64,000 bases of DNA from Giardia intestinalis (taxonomy: Eukaryota): the NCBI GenBank assembly GCA_000002435.2, contig CM018793.1. One strand, written 5' to 3'. How positions within the stretch are numbered: the first letter of the stretch is position 1; every line of letters begins with the position of its first letter. The notes beneath the pieces are model-generated. The model saw only the letters and a list, made by a program, of their open reading frames with translations, was not told where the DNA came from and did no database searches. This document shows, in pieces, positions 38,401 to 47,731 of the stretch. The position numbers were made by a program, and so were the translations under genes.

Positions 38401-41400
38401 ATAAATTACACTGGAAGCATCAAAATACCTACAGATATATGGGGTCCTTTTCGGGAGACAGAGGCAAGACTTGTCATCATAAACAACACCCTTCTAACAG
38501 GAATAGTAGACAAGCAGCATATTGCCACCGTACCGCACGGCTTAGCACATGCAGTCTTCGAGCTTTATGGACATAACAGGTGTGGATGGTTCTTAAGCAA
38601 CTTCGGACGATTGGCTACCTATGTTCTTCAGCGGCACGGGTTCACCTGTTCAGTTGAGGACATGGTATTGCGTGACACGGCTGAGAAAGCCCGCTATAAG
38701 CTGTGTGACGATGTCCTTGCCAGTGGGGCTATTCGCACGGCTGAATTTCTTTGCGAATACCTCACTTTGACAGGGTTATTAGGTAACCTTGAAGCTAGTG
38801 ATGCTAGCTTTCTCATGAAGTTTGCAGAAAAAGGATCTGTTGGCTTGAAGGCGCTATCAGAGAAGGATCGTCTTCGTATCTATAGCATTTTACGAGACTC
38901 ACTATCACTAGACACCACTATAGAGGCGCGTTTAGATAACCACATCAGCAATGAAGCCAATCTGATTACCACAAACCTCATGAAGATCTGCAGTCCATCC
39001 AATCTTACCCTAAAGATGCGCTCATCCATCTCTGGCAACAACCCATATGGAACACCTAGAATAGTAACGCCATCTAGAGCCTACCTGTGCAGCAGAAACA
39101 TGGCGTCACAGAAGTCCATCAACTGCTTGGCATATATGGTTCTCAGCGGAGCAAAGGGCTCTACCGTTAACCTCCAGATGATGACGACCTGTCTTGGTCA
39201 GCAGAACCTTGAAGGACGTCGCGTGCCGTCAACACAAACAGGAAAGACTCTTCCGTCGCACATCCCATATGAGCACTGTGAGCTTGTTCAGGGAGGGTAT
39301 GTAATTGATCGATTCCTGACGGGTATTCGTCCATCATCATTTTTCTTCCACTGCCAGGCAGGCCGTGAAGGCCTCATTGACACAGCCATTAAAACAGCCA
39401 GCTCTGGATATTTCCAGCGTGTGCTCGTCAAGAACTTGGAGGGATTGGTTGTTGCGTACGATGGTACGGTACGTCGCAGTGATAACATGCTGGTTCAACT
39501 GCTCTATGGAGGTGATGGTGTCGATACCACCAAGACCTCATACTTACAAGAATTTGAATTCATGTACCAAAATCAGAAGCTTTACATAGACCGCTTCATC
39601 CCAGATATGTTTTACGATGGTAGATATCTTTCTGATAGCGAGGCGGTTACTTCCCTTGCCAAGCAAGTGCGTCATGACATGAAGCATGGAAAGCAGCCGA
39701 CCGATAAATGGCAGGCCCTTCGCGGACTGTATGAACGTTACACAGGTGCGTCACTGCGCACTTCCTTTGAGAACCTCATTCACAATTCCAATAGGCTGGC
39801 CTCTGCTTTACGAGAACGGCACGAGGTGCACAACAGTAACCTTGCACGGTCGCATAATCTCATATCAACTTTGAACAGCAAGGCCTGCGAGCTTGTTGAG
39901 AAGTACGTTACACTCTATAAGAAGGGGCTTGATGAGGCAAACCTCGTTACTGAAACGCACATTCTTCAACCCACAAACAAGGAGCGTGACAAGCTGGTGA
40001 AATACTTAAAGGCAATATATCTTCCGGAGACCTCCAAGCACAATAAGGACACTCTTTTCGACCACATGACAATTCAGGACTTGGCAGAAATGTACACTGC
40101 GTTCCAGGAAATCCCTATTCACATGATTCTATCCCCGTACCTCTATCTAGGCTCTACTTCCCCAAGCTTCTCCAAGGCTCTTAATGAGTACATCTCTCAG
40201 AAGCAAAGCGAAAAGCAGACACAGGCGATGGGCGGCCTCAGCTTTGACTCCGCCTATTTCAAGCTCTTAGCATACACCAAGTTTATTCGCAGCCTTGTTG
40301 CTCCTGGGAGTGCTGTGGGTGTTATCGCAGCCCAAAGCACGGGCGAGCCATCCACTCAGCTAACCTTGAACACTTTCCACCTTGCTGGTCATGGAGGAGT
40401 CAATGCAACGATGGGTGTTCCAAGGCTGAGGGAGATCATCATGACACGGAACACGTCGTCCCCCATCATAACGATGTCGTTCAAGGATAAGCATCGAGTT
40501 TCTGTTCTCAAAGGAGACTCCCTCCATCACAAGACCGTCAGCCTAGGCCCTAACGAAACTATGAGGGCGTGCAAAAGCCTTCAGCAGCAATTACGAAAGA
40601 TCTATCTTCGCGACGTGCTTCGGAGCTTTGTCCTCAGAGAATGCCCTATCTCTGACGGGTCGGTACGCTACGAGCTTACCATGAAGCTGCTGACTCTTTC
40701 TGAATTGTTGCATGAATTTAATTTCAACGTGGTTGTCTTGAAGAAGCTCTTCGCCGTTGCCATTCCAAAGCATTTAGCTCGTGTGCTTACAAAGGAAGTG
40801 CTTGCGCACAAGGCGACGATCCAGAGCCTTCAAAATAAGCTCCCGTCGGACACGTCGTTTCCCGAGTATGTTGAGAAGGTAGCAGGCCCGCGGAACTCTA
40901 CTGGTAAAGAGGATAGTGACGCCCAGGAAGATACTTCTAAGGAGAATAGCAGTGTAAGTAACCCAACCGACTCCGAGCCTAACCTGGACACAGATGCCTC
41001 TGATACTACTGATTCCACCCAACATGCGCAAGAACAACACGATACTGAAGAATCTGCGCTTCACGCAGAAACAGACCCCTCACTCAACGATATAGACCAA
41101 CATAGAGGACATGAAGCGTTAAGCCTTATCGATTCTAATATTAACCTCAGCGCAAAGGCCAAGGACTTTCTAAAAGAATGGGTCTTTCCCGATATTGACA
41201 AGCTTATTGAAGTGGCACAAAAGGCCGTCAACACTACTTGCATTACTCTTAAACGCATCAGCTTCACACTAGAGGACACTGCGTTGGGCGTCTCACCAGA
41301 TCAACTGCCTCTCTCTGTCACTATTCAGTTCGTCAACAGCGACCCGAGCCATGTGATTGCGTTGGCCACCATCGAAAAAGCGATCCGCTCACTCGTGCTG

Positions 41401-41895
41401 AAGGAGGTACGTGGCATTACCAGGTGCTTCATCAGATACGAGCTTCCTGCAGATCGCTACGTCATGGACATTGAAGGTGGGAATCTGCGGGCTCTGTTTT
41501 ACCTTAGCAATCCTTTCATCAACTTCGATAATATTTATACTAACAATATCAGCCAGATCTTCGAAATTTACGGGATTGAAGCAGCAAGAAATGCTATCAT
41601 TGAGGAAATCCATCGAGTGTTCAGCACATATCACATTGAGGTCGACGAACGCCACCTTTCGTTGATAGCAGATAGTATGACCCTGTCGGGATGCGTCCGA
41701 GGGCTGAACCGTCTTGAAATGCGGCACCAAACAGAAGAACTCCTGAAGGCCAGCTTTGAGTCGGCATGCACCTCTCTTGCCGCAGGAGCACTGACCTCTG
41801 GGTTTGACTCACTGCGGGCTCCCGCCGGTGCTGTTACGGTGGGCCAATACCCCTCTCAAGGCACTGGAAGCTTCGATCTTCTGACTCAGCTATAA
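35467..41895 (+). CDS. RPA1: DNA-directed RNA polymerase I largest subunit (RPA1/A190 orthologue, 2142 aa)
   Basis: The N-terminus matches Pol I-specific clamp motifs (GGYYDPAMGP, CETCGLRWKHCPGHAGYVELPVYCYNHFFF, CHSCHRF), to be compared with the yeast A190 motifs [40 protein letters not shown] and CLFCHHF. The catalytic NADFDGDE motif is present. Confidence 0.9.
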   Translation: MQLHPVSASLSGLTLSAYSEDDIRKLATCRVVTEQGLDNVGLPIRGGYYDPAMGPRLFYDVCETCGLRWKHCPGHAGYVELPVYCYNHFFFRYTLQLYKLVCHSCHRFLITELQALTIETGLLLLDAGLVCDMHQIFSILRGTSHTSLALTLAKLRQKAYDYLSHSRPVQYTSSIIMLRNQLQTFLLQLKPPAACPHCASPFTQAVKRSAFNIYLIPPKTRQLRSSSRKQKKQVPAETKPVAQGQDSTEDKEISKPDKQVVLSDMLYCTPIMVLRELNAAVAKNQHLFDLLFGEPIYHSSEASADRAGATTPNYDPDYAFMRSVAIKNIIGDAGCELSFPQYRKKFLPSTLFIKTLLVPPNRQRPSLMLNQAFIDHPMNTHLLAILTICNTIEQLRSSPELAEFVSKHALDDINVRASHVPSSVTDGIDELGGIGMFRTDRYNFVKDPELLANGMVELSTSQKPVPEALVEAMLILQLHVSRYLDGTVLSKTIFSSGIKQLLEKKEGLFRMNIMGKRGNYAGRSVIAPDANLDTDEIGLPEYFAKKLTFPEPINEYNVELMARLIINGPTYPGASLLIDESGSRVLLTQLSYEQRKALAHTLLVDFSREPVAPTVEESEEVQAALDTNPALQNMRSYDLRGMKTSFADTLKPPKILLRHTLPNDFVILNRQPTLHKHSMIALRVRVLPSNAQTLRFHFASCKGLNADFDGDECCVLKPQTHEAASEYANLVHADAHFISVTSGEPIRGLIQDHVIGGIFLCSMGTFLDFGSLCEYIMVATGSNKLSSFEQSSLQSRSKEQLLGLDLISKQTTTENVFGSLSDMKYMGVAKNKTVMRAKSDVNIALGRKYGASKLQSERPIDVGSLVSSAQPVSRHPASFFEDYPLSDATSVPQLTDMGAYDGFHTHLTPAIKPSARSEEVNAFSTCKVTVIPDQHLFTKENEDFMFVPQPAIVYPVARWTGKAVISSMLHKVSCQREPINYTGSIKIPTDIWGPFRETEARLVIINNTLLTGIVDKQHIATVPHGLAHAVFELYGHNRCGWFLSNFGRLATYVLQRHGFTCSVEDMVLRDTAEKARYKLCDDVLASGAIRTAEFLCEYLTLTGLLGNLEASDASFLMKFAEKGSVGLKALSEKDRLRIYSILRDSLSLDTTIEARLDNHISNEANLITTNLMKICSPSNLTLKMRSSISGNNPYGTPRIVTPSRAYLCSRNMASQKSINCLAYMVLSGAKGSTVNLQMMTTCLGQQNLEGRRVPSTQTGKTLPSHIPYEHCELVQGGYVIDRFLTGIRPSSFFFHCQAGREGLIDTAIKTASSGYFQRVLVKNLEGLVVAYDGTVRRSDNMLVQLLYGGDGVDTTKTSYLQEFEFMYQNQKLYIDRFIPDMFYDGRYLSDSEAVTSLAKQVRHDMKHGKQPTDKWQALRGLYERYTGASLRTSFENLIHNSNRLASALRERHEVHNSNLARSHNLISTLNSKACELVEKYVTLYKKGLDEANLVTETHILQPTNKERDKLVKYLKAIYLPETSKHNKDTLFDHMTIQDLAEMYTAFQEIPIHMILSPYLYLGSTSPSFSKALNEYISQKQSEKQTQAMGGLSFDSAYFKLLAYTKFIRSLVAPGSAVGVIAAQSTGEPSTQLTLNTFHLAGHGGVNATMGVPRLREIIMTRNTSSPIITMSFKDKHRVSVLKGDSLHHKTVSLGPNETMRACKSLQQQLRKIYLRDVLRSFVLRECPISDGSVRYELTMKLLTLSELLHEFNFNVVVLKKLFAVAIPKHLARVLTKEVLAHKATIQSLQNKLPSDTSFPEYVEKVAGPRNSTGKEDSDAQEDTSKENSSVSNPTDSEPNLDTDASDTTDSTQHAQEQHDTEESALHAETDPSLNDIDQHRGHEALSLIDSNINLSAKAKDFLKEWVFPDIDKLIEVAQKAVNTTCITLKRISFTLEDTALGVSPDQLPLSVTIQFVNSDPSHVIALATIEKAIRSLVLKEVRGITRCFIRYELPADRYVMDIEGGNLRALFYLSNPFINFDNIYTNNISQIFEIYGIEAARNAIIEEIHRVFSTYHIEVDERHLSLIADSMTLSGCVRGLNRLEMRHQTEELLKASFESACTSLAAGALTSGFDSLRAPAGAVTVGQYPSQGTGSFDLLTQL

Positions 41896-42024
41896 AATAT
41901 CCAACGCAAACAGCCAATTATCTGTTTACAATCCAATACTAGGATATCCTACTCGATTCTTCTTTACTACAGATCCTGTGGACGCGTTTTAAGAAACAAT
42001 CTATTCTGGAGACACCGCTCGGTG

Positions 42025-44319
42025 TCACGAATCGCCAGTAAACTCGTAGCTCCCGCTGCTATTGACAAATATGTCATACTGGATCTTGCAGAATCTGTCC
42101 CAGGGAGTCTTCTCCAGGGCAGCAGTGTTCCAGGAAATGAGGTACGGATCACGCGCTTCAAAGGCCGTTAGCTTACGGAAGTTTATCATCGCATCAAAGA
42201 TGTTCCCCCTTACCTTACACCGTCGTAACTCCTGGAGCGTTACTCCATTCGAAGGAGACTTATTTTCATATGATTTTCCATCCACATACCCCACATCTTC
42301 GAGATCGTGGTCGGCATCAACGAGATAGATTGCGGTAGAAGTGGACTTTATTTGATCTACGAGCTGGCAGAAGATATCTTTACTATCCGGGGCGTCCGTG
42401 CCTGCCAGCTCCACTGCCTCCAGCTGATCGCGGTAGAAGTAGTCAAAGTCATTGAAAGATATTATCCCGTCTGCATCTAGATCACACACTTCAAACCAAA
42501 AGTTTAGCGAGGAATCCAGGTCTCTATTTTCCTCTGCTAGTATAAAGCACACAAAGTCATAGTATGTGAGGAAGTTCTCAGACGTTGCAGGCGCTCCTCC
42601 CTTCTTTCCCTTACCCAGGCCTTTCTTGCTCTTCTTCTCCTCCTGCTCAATAATGGCAGATTGCGGAATGTTCATAGTTATCTTGTCGTCCAAAATAGCA
42701 GAGGCTGTCAAGAACCTTCTACACGATCTTCTTCTATCTATCAAGAGATTGAAGGCCCGCTGGGCAGCCCTCTTATTAATAACGTTGCCTCCATATTTGC
42801 AGAATTCTTCCAATGAAATTTTCTGGTCATGATTTTCATCCAGCTCCCAAAACTTGCAATAAATCACGTAGAAGTGCTCGTAAGAAAAAAATCTCTGAAT
42901 CCGATTGATGTCTGCCTCAAACTGCGATAGCCAAAGAGCCTCCAGAAGCACACCATAGCCCGAGCGCACCGTAGTAGTGCCCAAGTTACCTATATGTAGC
43001 TTACAGAGATCGTGGGGAAATAGCACGCCCCGTCCAGCAGAGTCGAGCTCGAAAAGAATCCTGGCCGCCACCGTCTCCGCATACTTCACTTGGAACTGGG
43101 GTGTCTCAGCCAGGAACGAAAGGCCGGGGTGGAGCCGCAGCAAGATCCAAGCGACGCGCTCTAAGTCCTCCAGCGTTATGTAGTTACGATTTGGGAGCCT
43201 CAAAATGTTAAAAAGGCGTTCATGTGTTTGTTTCCCAGCCATTTCTGTGGCAAACCATGTCCGGAGGGTATCGGGCTTAATAGTGTACTTATCCAAGGTC
43301 CCCGTTTCTGGCGAGTACATCTCATTAATACAAGGGCCATACTCTATCATTTCACGGGACATCTGCTGTGGCACAGGGATTGCAGACTTTTTATACAAAT
43401 AGTTATTGTCAGCTGTTGGAGCAGCTCCATCTGTGTGAGGATCCTTGTTAATATTGCTGTAATGCGAGATCATGATCGGTACGGCGCTCCAGACGAGAAA
43501 TCCAGGTATGCCAAGCACGCTTTCGAAAAGGACGTCAGAGATTATGCGGACCTCATCACTGGCTTCTGGCTGAGCCCGGTTAAACTTATGAGCAAGCTCC
43601 ATTCCGGCAGCAACGTTAGGGTACCTGCCCGTCGTGTGAAGGTTAATTCCATTGGGGTATAGTGAAATAATAGACTCTAAAACCTGTTGCTCATGGACGT
43701 CACACTCTGATTTTCGAGAATTCTTCTTAATCCTGTCAATGAGCGCACGCCTCTCGGGTGAATCTGCATCGTCGGCGACTCCTTGCATAGACGTTGCTTT
43801 GCCCTGTCTGGGGTCTGAAGAGGCAGTTCCAGAATTCGCAAGACTGCCAGTGTGCGGAGAAGATGGTGTGCCATCCAACCTTGCGCCATCGAAGGACTTC
43901 GGGGTTGCACGGAGAGAGGGAGTCAAGGGAACCTGCACCTCAGGGAAGTGCTGCCCACCTGCCTTCCGTGCGCGCGGAGACATCATAGTCATGGAAGAAG
44001 GTCCAGAAGAAGCACTGTCCGACAAGCTGAAGCTTAAAACGGTGGCTGAATTCCGCTGAGAAGGAGAGGGAGGGGGTATGGAGGATGTGTCTTCGATGAC
44101 TAGAGTCTCTGGGTTTGATATGTCTGCGCTAAAAGTTGCTGAACTAAAGAACATATTGGTGTAGTTGGTCATTTGGGTAGAGAAACGAGAAAGAATGAGC
44201 TCTTGAGCATATTGACTTACGTCGGCCCCCAGAAGCCCCACAACCAAATCTTGGTCTGCCTGTGACGCTACTTCTGTGGAGTGGGTATCGATGGACAGGG
44301 TCATTCGTTTCGGAGGCAT
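42025..44319 (-). CDS. Protein phosphatase 2A regulatory subunit B'' (PR72/PPP2R3-like) with a long Ser-rich N-terminal extension (764 aa)
   Basis: FYVIYCKFWELDENHD, YYDFVCFILAEENRDLDSSLNFWFEVCDLDADGIISFNDFDYFYRDQ (EF-hand) and VTLQELRRCKV match the B'' family blocks (human PR72: FYIIYCKFWELDTDHD, YADFVWFLISEEDK...YWFRCMDLDGDG..FELEYFYEEQ, ITLQDLKRCKL). Confidence 0.8.
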   Translation of the reverse strand: MPPKRMTLSIDTHSTEVASQADQDLVVGLLGADVSQYAQELILSRFSTQMTNYTNMFFSSATFSADISNPETLVIEDTSSIPPPSPSQRNSATVLSFSLSDSASSGPSSMTMMSPRARKAGGQHFPEVQVPLTPSLRATPKSFDGARLDGTPSSPHTGSLANSGTASSDPRQGKATSMQGVADDADSPERRALIDRIKKNSRKSECDVHEQQVLESIISLYPNGINLHTTGRYPNVAAGMELAHKFNRAQPEASDEVRIISDVLFESVLGIPGFLVWSAVPIMISHYSNINKDPHTDGAAPTADNNYLYKKSAIPVPQQMSREMIEYGPCINEMYSPETGTLDKYTIKPDTLRTWFATEMAGKQTHERLFNILRLPNRNYITLEDLERVAWILLRLHPGLSFLAETPQFQVKYAETVAARILFELDSAGRGVLFPHDLCKLHIGNLGTTTVRSGYGVLLEALWLSQFEADINRIQRFFSYEHFYVIYCKFWELDENHDQKISLEEFCKYGGNVINKRAAQRAFNLLIDRRRSCRRFLTASAILDDKITMNIPQSAIIEQEEKKSKKGLGKGKKGGAPATSENFLTYYDFVCFILAEENRDLDSSLNFWFEVCDLDADGIISFNDFDYFYRDQLEAVELAGTDAPDSKDIFCQLVDQIKSTSTAIYLVDADHDLEDVGYVDGKSYENKSPSNGVTLQELRRCKVRGNIFDAMINFRKLTAFEARDPYLISWNTAALEKTPWDRFCKIQYDIFVNSSGSYEFTGDS

Positions 44320-44447
44320 TTAAGGACAAAAACTTTTTATCATTATAGGCATATGAAATTTACACTTACATAAGCGGCCAGGCATATGATTGTTAGAAGG
44401 CAGTGCACTGGAGAACGGGCCAGGCAAACTAGCAAACTAGTAAACCC

Positions 44448-45050
44448 TTATAGACTATTGGTAGATGAACCTGGAGCAAAGTTGGGAATGCGGTTCTTGA
44501 TCACGCTGCGAAGCTCGTTCACCTGCGCCTGTAATCGGATGTTTTGCTCACGAAGTAGTGCGTATCGCTTGGCAATGTCTTCTTGGATTTCCGCCTGTGT
44601 GGCACTCTCCACTGGCAGGGAGATGATATCAATGTACTTGAAGCCCTTGAAGTTCTCTATTATGTCTACCTTGCCCGTCAGGCCGTCGGCTCCAACAAAA
44701 AAGATGGCTATGTATTGTTTTTGCTCCCGTTGCACCGTTGTGAGGAGCTTAGCTAGATGAGAGGGGAAATCTGCATACGTGACCATGAGGTTCTGCTCTC
44801 TCCTCATTTCCTCATAATTTGCTCTATCGATGACGGCAGAAAAGTTGAAGTATATGTCCTGCTCGCTGCTCAGCTTCAAGACGCATGCAGATGGGGTTGA
44901 GATGACGCGGAAAAGTAGGTTTTCATTGAGGCCTTGCTCAGATGGCGCCTCAAGCTTGCGCAGCTGACACGTTACCTCCTTTGCAAATACCACCTTTTCC
45001 GCCGTCGGCTCGGTCATTTTTAGACAAAAGCTAAATTTACTTTTTTGCAC
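44448..45050 (-). CDS. Small protein with a SAS-6 N-terminal (head/PISA)-like domain plus a short coiled coil; candidate SAS6-like (SAS6L) protein (200 aa; start possibly at 45017)
   Basis: LLFRVISTPSACVLKLSSEQDIYFNFSAVIDRANYEEMRREQNLMVTYADFPSHLAKLL resembles the SAS-6 head region [48 protein letters not shown], and is followed by about 40 aa of coiled coil. Assignment is by inference. Confidence 0.5.
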   Translation of the reverse strand: MQKSKFSFCLKMTEPTAEKVVFAKEVTCQLRKLEAPSEQGLNENLLFRVISTPSACVLKLSSEQDIYFNFSAVIDRANYEEMRREQNLMVTYADFPSHLAKLLTTVQREQKQYIAIFFVGADGLTGKVDIIENFKGFKYIDIISLPVESATQAEIQEDIAKRYALLREQNIRLQAQVNELRSVIKNRIPNFAPGSSTNSL

Positions 45051-45070
45051 AACCCCTTCTTCTCTGGACG

Positions 45071-46210
45071 ATGGAGATAGATATTGCCTCTCACATCGCG
45101 TTGGTGGAGAAGATAGGGAAGACCACGATCTCTACCCCCATCAAACGCATCATATCCTACTCTATCGTTATTTTGATGAGGGACTATCGTCTAACCTCTG
45201 TTAAGCTTGTGGCTGTCATCAAGGCTCTCAACCAAAAGGAGTACGTTATTCTTCAGGCCGAGAGGGCATTCTTTGTAACGCAAGACGGGCACTCGTGGTC
45301 ACCGCTTCCCGTGCTAAATACTGAGGAGTCGCTCATACTCCACGCAATAGGCTATGGGATATTCTCACTCCATCCGTTTACAGGAGATCCCGCAGTTCAG
45401 TTATATAATAACTTGACTGAGAACCATCGCCTCTCTAATTTAATCTACTACGTGGAGTCCATCTCTCCCTACCCGCAGAATGCGCTCAAGCAGGCCCAGC
45501 GCTTTGCAGGGCTTTCCTCTGCCGAAGCAGAAGACTTCTCCAGCTATGAGGTTGCGCCTATAGACGACCACCAGCGACCAGACTTCAGCACAGTCAATTA
45601 TGATATGCTGAACGCATTACAGCAAGAGCATATGGATGATTGCCCGATCTCCTTTGCGGAACTGCAAAAATTCCAATTTTCCTCTGCCATTTTGAGTTCG
45701 AAAGAGGAGAACGGAGGCGTCACCAACTTTCACAAGCCCCTGCGATCAGAGGACTGGACAATAACATCGGACCCGTACAGGCGCCTTACTACCCTATCTC
45801 ACAAGTACTGGACCGGCCTCCATTCATTCCTTTACTGGAAGTCTCGTGTGTACGGATGGTTCTATTCTCCTCCTCTTGGTGCAAACTCTGCCCTATATAG
45901 GTTGCCGGACTTCATATTTATGCATGTCAAGCCCGGATTTATTTCAAAGGAGGACCTGGAGGAGCAGAGATCAAAAGCAGAACTCAAAGCAAAGTTCAAG
46001 GACGAAGAAGACCGAATACTGGCAAGTCGTGCCAGCAAGAAGGCTGCCCGCATAGAGGCACGTCGCAATGCAGAAGAACAAATCCGCCTAAGGCTTGAGC
46101 GCCGCGAGCAACGCAGACTCGAACGAGAGGCAGCCGAGGAGGCCGCACGTAAGGCAGCCGAAGAAGCCGAAGAGGCCGAAGATGGTGAAGAAAATGGTGA
46201 AGCGGAATAA
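45071..46210 (+). CDS. Hypothetical protein with an E/R/A-rich charged C-terminal tail (379 aa)
   Basis: Clean ORF. Its stop (46208..46210) lies 1 nt from the stop of the convergent helicase gene. Confidence 0.6.
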   Translation: MEIDIASHIALVEKIGKTTISTPIKRIISYSIVILMRDYRLTSVKLVAVIKALNQKEYVILQAERAFFVTQDGHSWSPLPVLNTEESLILHAIGYGIFSLHPFTGDPAVQLYNNLTENHRLSNLIYYVESISPYPQNALKQAQRFAGLSSAEAEDFSSYEVAPIDDHQRPDFSTVNYDMLNALQQEHMDDCPISFAELQKFQFSSAILSSKEENGGVTNFHKPLRSEDWTITSDPYRRLTTLSHKYWTGLHSFLYWKSRVYGWFYSPPLGANSALYRLPDFIFMHVKPGFISKEDLEEQRSKAELKAKFKDEEDRILASRASKKAARIEARRNAEEQIRLRLERREQRRLEREAAEEAARKAAEEAEEAEDGEENGEAE

Positions 46211-46211
46211 A

Positions 46212-47564
46212 CTAGTGCTTGTGGTTCTTTCCAGTGCGTCTCTGGTGCCGGAGACCAGCAGCTATGCCTGCCATGGGAGGCACACCCCCGTCTGAGTTGG
46301 GGTTGGTGTATCCAATGCTGCGAGCGGTTCTCTCTGCATGTCTAATAGCCTCCTCCACCTGCGAACGCAGCCCCGCTGCTTCACTGAAATCTGGGGTGTA
46401 AGGCTCCATTCTTATTCCAAGCATTGCCTCTATTCGTTTGAAGTTCACAACGTCGTACTGTGTCACGATCGTGAGCGCGGTTCCTCGCCGCCCCGCGCGC
46501 GCAGTACGGCCCGCTCTGTGCACATAATCTCTGGATGCCACTGGCAGGTCATAATTAATAACCAAATCGACGTTCGGTATGTCTATTCCGCGCCCGGCCA
46601 CGTCGGAGGCGAGCAGGATCTTGTGCTCCCCCTGGCGAAAGCGGTTAAGCTCCTCGAGACGCTTGTCCTGTCCCATACTGCCATGAACAACCCCGACTTC
46701 GAAACCCAGAGTGGTGAGCATTAAGGCCAGCTTTGTGACTGTGGATATCTTGGTGGCGAAAACCATGATTTGGCAAGCAGCGTGATTGTTAAGAAGAACT
46801 ACTAGCCCTAGCTGCTTTTCAGCGTGAGGCAGGACTACCATCTTGTGTGACAGGAGCTCGTTATCGACAACGGCTAGTTGGGTATTTGTACTACCATCCA
46901 CATCCGATGCAGCCTTCGTGAGAACTCCCACCTGAATGTGCACCAAGCGCGATCGGTCTGTACACTCGTTCTGCAGGGCCTGAACGGCTGATGGAAAGGT
47001 GGCAGAAAAGAGAAACGTCCGACGTCTCTGGGGGCAGTCCTTCGCAAGATTCAAAACAGCTCTTCCCATGTCCTGCTCCAGCATTTTATCGGCCTCGTCA
47101 ATGATCAAGAACCGCAAGCTTTTAAGTGAAAACCCCTCTGTGGTCGCCAGGTGATCAACTAAGCGCCCAGGAGTGCAGATTAAAACGTGTGGCTGCTGTG
47201 CAAGTGTTTTTCTCTGCTGCATTAGGTCAACACCCCCAATAACAAGGCCGGTTCGAAGACCGAAGTCCTTTCCAAGATCACGAAAGACAGAGAACGTTTG
47301 AACAGCTAGTTCCCGCGTAGGAGACAAGACCACCGTGTGAACGCCCTTTACGTTGGTTCCACGCTCAAGTAAGTCTTGAAGGGCTGGGATGGCGAACGCT
47401 CCCGTCTTGCCGCTTCCCGTTTCTGCCACCCCGACAACGTCGCAGGCCTTGTTGTGGGAGACAACGGTGAGCATCTCCTTCTGTATTGCTGTGGGTTCAA
47501 GCCAACCGATTCTTTCCAAGGCGTCCAGAAGCTCCGGACAGACGCCCAGGTCGCGAAAAAGCAT
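46212..47564 (-). CDS. DEAD-box ATP-dependent RNA helicase, Rrp3/DDX47-like (450 aa)
   Basis: Q-motif region, AETGSGKTGAF, PTRELA, TPGRL, DEAD (IIDEADKML), SAT, and HRAGRTARAGRRGTALT. The N-terminus is closest to DDX47 (LAETGSGKTGAFALPIL). Confidence 0.9.
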   Translation of the reverse strand: MLFRDLGVCPELLDALERIGWLEPTAIQKEMLTVVSHNKACDVVGVAETGSGKTGAFAIPALQDLLERGTNVKGVHTVVLSPTRELAVQTFSVFRDLGKDFGLRTGLVIGGVDLMQQRKTLAQQPHVLICTPGRLVDHLATTEGFSLKSLRFLIIDEADKMLEQDMGRAVLNLAKDCPQRRRTFLFSATFPSAVQALQNECTDRSRLVHIQVGVLTKAASDVDGSTNTQLAVVDNELLSHKMVVLPHAEKQLGLVVLLNNHAACQIMVFATKISTVTKLALMLTTLGFEVGVVHGSMGQDKRLEELNRFRQGEHKILLASDVAGRGIDIPNVDLVINYDLPVASRDYVHRAGRTARAGRRGTALTIVTQYDVVNFKRIEAMLGIRMEPYTPDFSEAAGLRSQVEEAIRHAERTARSIGYTNPNSDGGVPPMAGIAAGLRHQRRTGKNHKH

Positions 47565-47731
47565 TTATAATATTTCAAAGACGAAGGAACCAGCGTCAAT
47601 TGGAGCGATAGGCACAGCCTGACCATCGGCAGCAGGCCCACAGCATTAGTACAATGGCAGAGCATAGCATAGCCGAAAGACACTGCACAATTGAGTCCGA
47701 TAAACTTAATCCGACCTATGAACGATAAAAA

